Below are positions 14,433 to 24,452 of a stretch of DNA of 64,000 bases, one piece after another (position 1 is the first letter of the stretch; each line of letters begins with the position of its first letter). Origin of the DNA: Cenococcum geophilum (taxonomy: Eukaryota); the NCBI GenBank assembly GCA_050273025.1, contig CP158635.1:31000001-31064000 (forward strand), in the 5' to 3' direction. Made by a program: the position numbers and the translations under genes. The notes below the pieces were generated by a model. That model ran no database searches. It worked only from the letters and a program-made list of their open reading frames with translations, and was not told the origin of the DNA.

Positions 14433-15430
14433 ATAATAATTCTTTAATTAACGTCTGATACGGATGCTATCTAGCCCCACGCAGACTACTCCGTATATAA
14501 GGGAAAAGTAATATTAACGGGAAAAAACCCTTGCTGCTGGGGGGGAGGAAAAACCCTATGAGCCACCTTAGTAGGATGAAAAACCCCGTTTGCCATATCC
14601 GCACGTAGCAGCGGCCCTGTGGGCCTATAGCTACGTCCTATCCTCCTTAGATGTTCGAACTCCTTAGGAACTACTGCTTCCTTCTCTAGCTTATCCAAGC
14701 TAGGGTTCACTACGTCCTAGCTAGGCCTTACTACTTAATTGCTGTCTTACTGTTATTTCCCATATCTTAGCCATCCTATATATACTATCTCTTATTTAAC
14801 CATTGCTATATACGCTATGCCTCCCCCCCCTAGGGCCTATTAAAGGCGTAAGGGGAATTTATCCGTTCTAATTACCGTAATACTAACAGCGGGATATATT
14901 GTATTGGGTATCTTTTGTGCCTAGGCCCCAGCTAGGCCCTTTCTAAGGGTTACTACTCCGTTAAAAGGAGATAAGGAAAACCGTAGGTCGCAATTTAGGC
15001 TGCTGGGTATTTGGTACTTGTTAACGGTAAGTGACCGTATGCTCCGCGGGCGATCGCCCTGGGGGTTAGGAGGGGCCGTATATTTGCTTATTCGTTTGCT
15101 CGTTCGCAATCGCTTGTTTGTTAATATAAGAGGTTATTAATGCTTTCTATTGGGGGTCGGGGGATGCTATCGAATGCTGTATATCCACGTTGGATCGTAC
15201 AGGTGCCTTAATAGGAGAGTAGCGTAGCTGAATTGTAGAGGGCCACAGTAGTGGTTTTTGAGATCTCACCATCTGAAAATTTTTCACTACTGCCCACAAC
15301 GCTCACAACCACGACCACCAGGTCCTATCGCACGCTGTGCGACGTCTCTGCGTTGGCTCTGAGTCTAAACTTCGAAGACCCAGGTTCGTAGCCGTCACCA
15401 CGTACAGGTGCAGAGTCCGTTTTCGACGGA
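14433..15430 (-). mobile_element. Non-autonomous non-LTR retroelement (SINE/SIDE-like, 998 bp)
   Basis: Perfect 15-bp TSD TTAATACCGTATATA at 14418-14432 and 15431-15445, interrupting Gypsy-C pol. The minus-strand 3' end is ...AATTAAAGAATTATTAT (short ATT tail). No recognisable RT or endonuclease coding. Confidence 0.85.
15346..15430 (-). ncRNA. Candidate HDV-like self-cleaving ribozyme at the 5' end of the retroelement
   Basis: Minus strand: T-CCGTC(P1) GAAAACGGA CTCTGC(P2) ACC(P3) TGTACGT(L3) GGT(P3') GACGGCT(P1') AC(P1.1) GAAC CTGGGTCT(P4) TCGAAGTTT AGACTCAG(P4') AGCCAAC(J4/2) GCAGAG(P2'). Confidence 0.72.
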
Positions 15431-15612
15431 TTAATACCGTATATAGGCAGGCCTTTAACGAGCTTAAGAAACGACTGGTCTTTGCTTCCTTACTTACCTA
15501 CTTTAACCTAAAACGGCCCTTAATGCTAGAAACTAATGCCTTAAATAGTATTATAGCTAGCGTTTACTCCTAGAAGCAGACAGATGGAGAATAGCACCTA
15601 TTTAAAGACTAT

Positions 15613-15749
15613 CCCTTTGAACGTTGAGTTGTGTCCAACGTTATCGATAAGATTTTAGCCAATGAGGAACCCTAGATTAACGAACTTTTGGTGTTGCATG
15701 CACGGACCCGTTATCTTATCGATAACGTTGGACGCCGACGTTCGAAGGG
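15613..15749. mobile_element. MITE (137 bp) with bipartite terminal inverted repeats
   Basis: Ends CCCTTTGAACGT and ACGTTCGAAGGG. Perfect inner 21-bp IR GTCCAACGTTATCGATAAGAT at 15633-15653 and 15713-15733. Absent from the homologous site in other Gypsy-C copies (AAGACTATAGTAG, ~49231). Confidence 0.85.
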
Positions 15750-17834
15750 ATAGTAGATGCTAAGCTAAACTACCTAATTTATAACAAAGAAATGCTAGCT
15801 ATTATCTCTAGCTTTTAGCACTGGCGAGCCTAACTAGAAGGCACCCCTAAGTCTATCTAGGTAGTTTCTAATTATAAGGCCTTAGAATATTTTATAATAA
15901 TAAAGGCCCTTACAGCCTAATAGGCGTGCTAGGCGGACACCCTATCTTAGTTTAACTTTCTAATTATATATAAGCCGGGCGCCATTAACCGTGCGGATGC
16001 CCTTATAAGGCGTAAACAGGATATAAATAACCAGATAGCCGCAAAGATCTTATTATAGACTTAAGCGCTACTATAACTAAAGTACCTTAACTCCTAAATA
16101 CGGGCAAAACTAAATATAGACTTTTTAGATGCCGAGATATGCCCTATTAACTCTATAGAACTAGACTTTATTAATAAACTGCTGTAGGTAAACCATATGG
16201 CCCCTTCTCTATAGGAGTACCGCGAAAAGGCAAAGAACGTTTCTAGCCTATAGTCCCTTAAAAGTAGACTACTTAAGTACTATAAACGGCTAGTAGTAGC
16301 AGAGGAACAGAACTTATGGACTCGGCTTATTGCCGAGGCATATGCCTAGGTCTCTACGGCCTACCCTAGAAAAAATAAGACCCGTAGGATTATTAGCAAC
16401 CGCTATTACTAGCCTAAAATAATTATAGATATTGACCGCTATATACGGAACTGTAATAACTACTATAGGTTTATAATTCCACAAGATAAGACCCTAGGAC
16501 TATTAAAACCCCTCCTAATACTTAACCGCCCCTAGTAATATATCTCTATAGACTTTTATAAGCTACCTTTAGACCGTAACGGATATAATATAGTTATAAT
16601 TTTAGTTAATTACTTTAGCAAGCGCCTATTTTTAATTCCCTATTATAAGAATATTAATACTAAAGAGGCGGCCCAACTATATATCTACTATGTCTACTAA
16701 ATTTATAGACTATTAAACACTATTATATCTAACTGCGGACCGCAGTTTATATTAGCCTTTTAGAATAAGTTTACCTAAATCCTAGGCATTAAGCTAAAGC
16801 TTTCTATAGTATATTACCCCTAGACAGACGGTTAAACGGAGATTATAAATTAATACTTGGACTAGAGACTCCGGCCTTTTATTAACTACTTCTAGAATAA
16901 CTAGGCCGAACTATTACCCTTAATAAACTACGCCTAAGCGACCCTACCCTACGACTCTACCAGATTTGCCCCTATTTAACTAGAAATAGGTTACCTACCC
17001 TATATAAGCTTTAACTAGGAAAGACTAAAAGGGCCCTAGACCGTACGCGAAAAACTATCTTATGAGGAAGCCCAGCAGTACGCTAAGCGCTTAGAAGAAG
17101 CCTAAAAAGTAGCCTATACGAACCTAGAAAAGGCTTAGAAATTAATAAAATAGTAGGCGAATAAGCATAGGCGCGAGCCTAACTTTACTATAGGCGATAT
17201 AGTCTAGGTTATAATAAAGAACTAGAAGATAGAACGGCCTAGCTATAAGCTAAACTATAAAATAGCAGGACCGTATAAAATTCTTAATAAAGTAGGCAAC
17301 TTGTATAAGGTTAAGCTCCCAGACTTAATTAAAGTTCACCCTATCTTTTTACTAGATAAGCTACGGAAAGCTATAAATAACCTATTACTTAAATAAAAGA
17401 ATAAACCTCCCCTTCTAATTTAAGTTAATGGCGATAATAAATGGGAAATTAAAGAAATACTAGCCTATAAACTTGTAAAGGGAACGTTAAAGTATTGTAT
17501 TAGTTAGAAAGGATATGACCTAGACCCTACCTAGTACCCTATATAAAACTTTATAGGTAGTCCCTATAAGCTTTAGGAGTTCTATAGCCGTTACCCTAAT
17601 AAACCTAGACTGCCAAAGTACCTAAATAAGTGGATAGAATGCTAGTATAATAAAGATAATAAGCTACTAGAAGAACATAAGGACAAAAACGCCCTAGAAA
17701 TTTCTTAGTCACGTAAGGTATTAAAATGTCTAGGAACTTTAACCGGCGGTTAAAGTTGTCTAATTAGTTAGATTCTCTTATTAAGACTTTTAGCGACAAA
17801 GCCTAAGGGCAGGCTTTTTTAAAGGGGGGGGTAA

Positions 17835-18050
17835 TGTTACAGTACTGGTAGAACCTCGCATCGGAAAGTTGCCACAGATTGCCGTATATTGCGGTCACGT
17901 GACGTAAAGATCCTATAAAACATTAAACGGCGCTACCCTTCTTCTCCTTTCCTTTCCCTAGCTTTAGATTCTCGTTTATAACAATCCAATTATACAGGCT
18001 TACGCGTCCCCTTTGCCGTGCTTATACCTTAATTAACTAAGTCGCTAACA
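17835..18050 (+). repeat. 3' LTR of Gypsy-C copy 1 (216 bp)
   Basis: TG...CA ends, follows the PPT, and its 3' half is shared with other Gypsy-C LTRs. Confidence 0.9.
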
Positions 18051-18052
18051 AT

Positions 18053-18385
18053 TATAGCGACTGTAAGGAATATAACTATACGCTTAAAGAACTAGATAGA
18101 TTTAAGCGTAATATAAAGCTTTAAAGCGTTGCTAGAAAAGAGATATAGAAAAGATATAGGGCCCGTAATATTAAGGACGCAATTAAGTTAAATAATGACC
18201 CTACTGTAAGTGCCAAATTTAAGGCTGCTAGTAGTTAATTTTTTAATATATTTAACGTCTATAACGCTAGTAAAGAGTAAAAGAAATTAAATCCTAATCC
18301 TATACTACTTGGAGCTAAATTAAATATAGAAACTTAGTGGTTAGAGCTAGTAGAGTACCTTAAGGGAGGTATATTTTTAACTTAA
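18053..18385 (+). pseudogene. RIP-damaged C-terminal ORF fragment of unknown identity
   Basis: One frame of ~110 codons has only RIP-type TAA/TAG stops (de-RIPped ...DCKEYDYTLEELDGFKRD...WLELVEYLEGGVF). It matches no element recognised in this window. Confidence 0.35.
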
Positions 18386-18511
18386 ATTTAGTAACTCTGG
18401 TAACTCTAAATAACTTTAAGTAATTAAGTGCTTACTTTATTAATTAATAGTGGGTTATAAAAGTTAAAATTTTATAGCTACGCATACCCTAAATAGGTTA
18501 CCTAGTTGGGG

Positions 18512-19777
18512 TATAATGGAACCTTATAGCAGGAACTACGATAGGCTCGTTAATAGGCTAGGTATATAGGTGATATAAATTAAAGTTAATAACGTAATAA
18601 TAACTAGTGGAGTAGTTGCTTAATAGATTAACTCTAATTATATTCTAAGAATTACTATAAGGAAGGAACTATCTAGGTAGGGACTAAGGGTCCTTAAATA
18701 TACAACCGTACTTTTATAAAATCCTCCTTATACGTAATATACGTATTATATATACGTTCCCTTTATACACTGCGTATACTGCGTACAACGTTATATAACC
18801 TTAGTTACTATTTCTTATTACATAGCTCTATCGGCTCTATATTAGTCCGTGCCTATATTAACTAACTAGCTTCTTCTAACTCTTCTCTAAGTAGTTATAA
18901 TATTGTACTTAAAGCGTCTATAATACTATCTCCCTTCTCTTTATTTTTGTCCTTAAAGATTCTAAGCATCTTTAGGTTATTTACTAGGGGTATAATATCT
19001 ATCTAATTAATTTAGTTAATATTATTACTCATTATACCTAAAGCAATCTCTTTTTTATAGGCGCAACGTCATACTTATACTATTGCTGCGATATTATCTT
19101 TTGGTAAGATTATATTATCTCTATATTCTTACTATTTAAAAGAGGGGTTAGTTTGTATTATATTAGCAAATCCCACTTTATAATAACCGTCCTCTTACTT
19201 AAAGTATACTAAAGCAAATATTTATTCGTCCTATAATATTCGCTTTATCTTTAATACTAAATATACACGACCTATTATTCTTAATAGTTATCTAGTTCCC
19301 TAATTAATTTATTTTAGGGTTTTATATTTAGTCTACTACTATATAGCTAGATAGTAAACTGTCTTAAACTCTTATTAAGTTAAAACGTTTTTATAATATA
19401 GAGCAGAAGGCCCTAAAGGCCTATATTACTGCATCTACTCAGTTACTCTATTTTAAGAAGGTTTGTAAGAAGGTCCGTTTTAAAGAGTAGAAACTTATAG
19501 AATAAGGTCTATAGGAACTTAGTAATAAAAGGACGGATCCCCTATTGTCTAAGAAGGAAATAAGTCTAAATACTTAGTAGCTGTTCCTTTTAGGTCCCCC
19601 TTAAGTAACTCGTTTTTTAGTAACTCTTTTTTATTACTATTACTTAACCTAATTTCTTCTAATACTCCTATACCTTTTTTATAGCATTTTTTAGATTCTC
19701 TAGTAGTTCCTAGGTAGTCTTATTATAACCTATCCACTTTACTTTATACTATATTTTGTCGTTAATATCCTTATAAC
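18512..19777 (-). mobile_element. Gypsy-A copy 2, 3' end (chromodomain C-terminus, 3' region, PPT, 3' LTR)
   Basis: 3' LTR 18512-18925 is homologous to 6033-6455. PPT on the minus strand AGAGAAGGGAGATAG at 18926-18940. De-RIPped chromodomain ...KVKWTGYDETTWEPLENLKNA ~19680-19750 is cut by the Copia-X insertion at 19778. Confidence 0.88.
19034..19610 (+). pseudogene. Antisense accessory gene in Gypsy-A 3' region: Zn2Cys6-like cysteine cluster plus coiled coil, one intron (3' limit approximate)
   Basis: Start ATA (from ATG) at 19034. C-x2-C-x6-C-x13-C-x2-C-x8-C at 19124-19234 (one intact TGT, five TAT/TAC = RIP of TGT/TGC). A 55-nt phase-1 intron at 19263-19317 restores the frame. Confidence 0.6.
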
Positions 19778-21695
19778 TATTAGGAATATAGGTAAGTTGC
19801 TATTACGCAAGGTAAGTTGCCGTTACGTGAGGCAAGTTGCCGTCACGTGTCGCCGCGGCACTAGCGTAGCGAGGAGCCTTAAGCTCCTCGCCTTTCCTTA
19901 AGTAAGAACAATATATAATAACAATTATTATACTGTCTATAACTTATAGATACGTAATATTACCTTATATAACTAACGCTAATTAGTAATTAACTTTACT
20001 ATTATACTATAGAATAGCTAGGTATTCTACTAAGAAGAGATAAACCACTATACTAGTGCTACTTATGCTAGAGAAAGCTGTCTTTTAAGGTTAGAACTGG
20101 TCTTAAACCTTAAATAAAACTCTTTTACAAATCTAAGGATTTAAAGGCCAGAACTAGTCCTAAGCCTTTTTAAGATTACGGATTCTTACGTCTATTACGT
20201 AGAATAATACGCTTTATAAGTCTTTATAATTTAAGGCTAGAACTAGTCCTAAGCCCTATAATTATAAATATATATTATAAACGCGTACTGAATAACAATC
20301 CCTACACTAATAACACTTCCCTTCCTCTAAAAACATAGCTACGCCTACCTTAAACGACTAGGAAGACTCCTTACCACTAGGGGTAGCTTTATATGCGAAA
20401 CTTATTAATAAAAATTAAACCGAATTTACCTTTAATATTATATAATTACAGCACCTGCTGTACCAACCGCGTGCTTACGCGTTCGGTATACCAGGTACGC
20501 GTTTACGCGTTTAGTGCACCAACTACTCGCTTACGCGTCTGGTGCACCTATAAAGCACTAACTAATTAGGGGGGAGGTGCATCAGTATATAAACCACGTA
20601 GTCTGCTTTATACAATCGACAGTCACCACCATCCTAAAGAGTATACAATACTATACGTATTTCATGCCCCGGGATATAACTTAATTGTATTATTAAATTG
20701 ATATAAATACTAATTAGTAAGCGCGCACAGATTAGCAATTACTTAACACCTCCCCCGAGCGATACACGACAGCGACCACCTATTTAGACTCCTAGTACAA
20801 CCTGCTAGAAGGTCGGAAGTCGGGGATTACGGACTTATCTCCAACTCTATATACTTATTCAAGTCTTAGTACGGTTTACCGGAAGTTATAGACGCGAATA
20901 CAGACCTATACGGAACCCCCTACCCTAACTTACCTTTAAACCTCAAACCTCTATCCTTAACCCCCCCCGAACCTTAAACCTCTTCAGACCTTACGGAAAC
21001 CCCCTACCCTTCTACGAACCATTATAGACCCGTTAATTGCCTTTACGGACCACTATAAGACCCCTTAAACTATTACAGACCCGCTATAAGCTACTACGAC
21101 CCGCTACAGCTTATATAGATATACAACGCTATATAATATAGTAGATATAAGTAAGCAAATTAGCGAAGGTTAAAAGAAGTGGAGCTAAGGAGTCGACCTT
21201 ACGTCTACGGACGACGTTAACAACTATATTAATTTTAAAATCCTTAAATATGGACACTATAAGCTTCTAAACGACGACCTATAGGAGCAATATAAGGAAG
21301 ACTTTGCGGACTTTACGGAAGCTATTCTTAAGGCTTATAACCTTACTACCATCCGTAACCTACGAACCCTTTTACGTCACTAAGGTATATGGGTTGAAAA
21401 GGATAAACGAGTTACTATTATACGGTCCTTATACAACATAATATAGGAGGAGGACCAAACAGAATGGACTAAAGAGAAAATCCTAGACTAGGTTAAAGCC
21501 ACTAATAATCTCTCTACTTCTCCTAAACTTAATAGCATCGCTAGCCTTATACCTAACCTACTTAACTAAATTCGTCCTATAAACCTAAGCGATTTTAGAA
21601 TTAATCTTACGGGCTAAAGCATACCTAGTACCTAAGTTACGGACCGTAATACCCCTATAAACTAAAATATGGACTAAAACCCTTCCGTTAACAAA

Positions 21696-21810
21696 GCTAT
21701 AGATCTATAACCTACCTAAGTTATAGATCCGCAAGCCATATATCCGCAAACCATATATCCGCAAACCATATATCCGCAAGCTATAGATCCGCAAGTTATA
21801 GATCCATAAC
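21696..21810 (+). repeat. 15-bp tandem repeat (CCGCAAACCATATAT-like) in Copia-Y gag
   Basis: Directly visible units, in frame (Q-A/T-T-D/Y-P-like pentapeptide). Confidence 0.8.
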
Positions 21811-24379
21811 ACACCTAAGTAAAGACCTACAGCAAGGAACTAGCTAACCTAGCCAAGCTCTATACTAACGAATCTAAGTACAGCAGTAAAAACAACAATT
21901 TTAACTTTAAACTGACCATCTTTACGGACCTTTACTAAAAGGCTAATATTCCTAAATAAGAGTTTAGCCAAGCCTACTCTACTATACTGCGCGGCCTAGT
22001 ACTTAACTACTATTACACCAACCTTAAGAGTAACCCCCTTGGTGTTCCCTTTAATAAGCTATGCAAAGCTACCTATAACTACTTTAAAGGACTAAAATAT
22101 AGGCGTAATATCCTTACCTAATGGAATGCGACTAAACTACGGACCGTAATTAATAAGAATACTAAAAAATCGACTATAGAGTGCCTGTAAATTCTTATTA
22201 AAGACCTTTAGCACCTATAGCACGGCCTTAACGCCAAGCTTTAAACAGACGACTTCCTATATAACAAACTTATTACGGCCTACTAGGAAGTATAGCCTTG
22301 CAAGTACGCCTATTACAAGCCTACAGACACCTTAGCTGGCCTTATTAATGATTTACGCTCCTCTATTATAACGTATAAAGTCTTAAACCTACTAGGCAGC
22401 ACTTAAGCCTTTATTACGGATATTTAATATCCGCAAATAAACTCAGACGTCTACTTTACGGACCGCCGCTACCGCTAACAGTACCCGCATCAACTAGGCC
22501 CTACCTGTAACCCCCGTAATAACTCCTATACGAAAATATACCCCCACAAACAAACCAGCCAGAAGTGCTTCGTGTGCGGTAAGGAAGGATGTTGGTCTAT
22601 AAGGCATACCTAGAAAGAACGCAATAAGTCTAGGAAGAGACTTAATAGCCGTATTAACCAGTTTATTTTAGAATACGAAGGAAAGGAAGTAGAAGAGCCC
22701 CCTAATAAGTTAATAGAAGCCCTTATAATTAACTTTAACTTAAACGCTTAGGAATAAGAGACCTTAGAGACATTCCTAACCACTTTCAGACCTTTTACGG
22801 ATAGCTAAGCCTTTAATATTACGACCGCATTAGCCGACCGTTCCTTTATATATTTAGTTACGCCTAAAAACTATTTCGTAAGCACCCCCGTTATAGACGT
22901 TATAGATTACAAACAGGACCTATTTATATATATTACCACAGAACGCTATACCCCTAAAGAATTCTACGGCGTTATAATTAATATAGGTGCCTTTAAGAAG
23001 TCTACTGTAGGTTACGGACAATACCTTATATATAAGACTACTACAAATAACAATATGGACATTAATACTATGTAAACTGGGGCCGTAAACGTCTAATTCG
23101 GTATTGGCTTAACCGTATTAATTAGATTAGTTAAAGTTAAGACCCTAATTGGCCTAGTTGACTTCTATATAGTAAAAGTGGATACCCCTTTTTTACTCTA
23201 CTTTACGGACATGGATAGGTTATAAGTGTACTATAATAATGTTACGGATACCCTAATAGGCCCCACAACTACCCTAGGAAGCAAGCATATTACCTTACTA
23301 ATTATACGACGATTTGGACACCCGTTCCTTATATAGGGAGAGACTCTACGGACGTACATTTAGGAATCTTTTAACCATAACCCGTGCTACCTCACTAGTA
23401 CAGAAATCTACCGCCTATACCGCCGTTTTAGCTACCTGTTAGCTGAAAAGCTGTATAGAGTCCTTAAACGCTCTAGACACGATAATGTTAACAGGAAGGC
23501 AATTAACTACCTAACTAAATACTACTCTTACTGCCAGAAATACGGACGTTCCCTAGGCCGATTTAAGTTCACCCTTTATAAGGATCTTAACTTTAACCAC
23601 TTAGTGTACGTAGATATTATGTATATTAACGGCAGCCTAGTACTATATATAATTGATAAGGTAACCCACTACTAAGCCGCCCGTTAGTTGCAAAATATAT
23701 CTATAAAGTACACTTAGAACATTTTACGGACCTGCTAAATTAATACGTACGTTAGACCTCCTAAGTATATCACCCACAACGCTAGTAGAAACTTTATTAG
23801 TAAGGAATTCTAGTAGTATGCTATGGCCATGGCTATATTAACAAAAGCTGTTCTAGTTAAGGCGTATTAGTCTATTAGGCTTATTAAGCGAGCTTACCTA
23901 GCCTTATAGAGAGCTTACTAGATTATTATAGACGAATATAAAGACATCTAAAAGGAACTGGCTCTATAGATGGCCGTAAAAGCCGTTAACGACACCGCTA
24001 GCCCTAACGGACTAGTACCTACCCTCTTGGTTTACGGAGCCTATCTAAGGATAAGCAACCTAGGCCCTCCTACCCCGTCTATTATGGAATAAGTAGCTAT
24101 AATACGGAAGGTAATAGCCGAAATAGTTAAATTACGGGCCAAATAAGCAGTTAATAGCGCCCTATATTACCGCAACGGACTAAACACAACCTTAGTTTAT
24201 AACCTCCCGCTTAATTCTAAAGTCCTTATATAGCGTAAAAGCGGCAATTAGACGGGACCTTACCGTTTACTAGCTGTAGAAAACAAAATATACTGCGTAT
24301 AACTCCCTAGCGGACCGACTAGCTTTAGGAGCACATCCGTAAAACCCTACTTTTAGCCTAAAAATACCTATGACGTTAA

Positions 24380-24452
24380 GCTAGACGAACTAGAAGTAAC
24401 CGCTAAACTAGATAAACTAAAAGCAACTGCCGAATTAGATAAACTAGAAGCA
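24380..24452 (+). repeat. 27-bp tandem repeat (~3 units) in the Copia-Y IN-RT linker
   Basis: CTAGACGAACTAGAAGCAACCGCCGAA-like units, in frame (LDELEATAE). Confidence 0.7.

Larger units (their letters stand above)
6456..18050 (+). mobile_element. Ty3/Gypsy Gypsy-C copy 1 (PR-RT-RH-IN-chromodomain plus 3' LTR), host to nested insertions
   Basis: Segments 6456-6517, 12866-14432, 15446-15612 and 15752-17834 are colinear with Gypsy-C copy 3 (47220-51240). RT YLDDIIIYS ~14074. PPT AAAGGGGGGGGTAA 17821-17834. 3' LTR 17835-18050 (TGTTAC...CTAACA). Confidence 0.92.

Noticed and set aside
14486..15109. Two short ORFs inside the SINE-like element
   Set aside because: Non-ATG starts, no recognisable LINE ORF1/ORF2 motifs, and short enough to be chance.
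15337..15573. 78-aa ORF
   Set aside because: Chimeric frame running from the antisense ribozyme region through the TSD into Gypsy-C RNase H.
17692..17791. Shared module as a hammerhead or hairpin ribozyme
   Set aside because: No CUGANGA plus GAAA core in workable order on either strand, even after de-RIP.
6033..18925. LTRs 6033-6455 and 18512-18925 as the two ends of one element
   Set aside because: The first is a 5' LTR with gag to its left and the second is a 3' LTR with the PPT to its right; no shared TSD, so they are two separate insertions.
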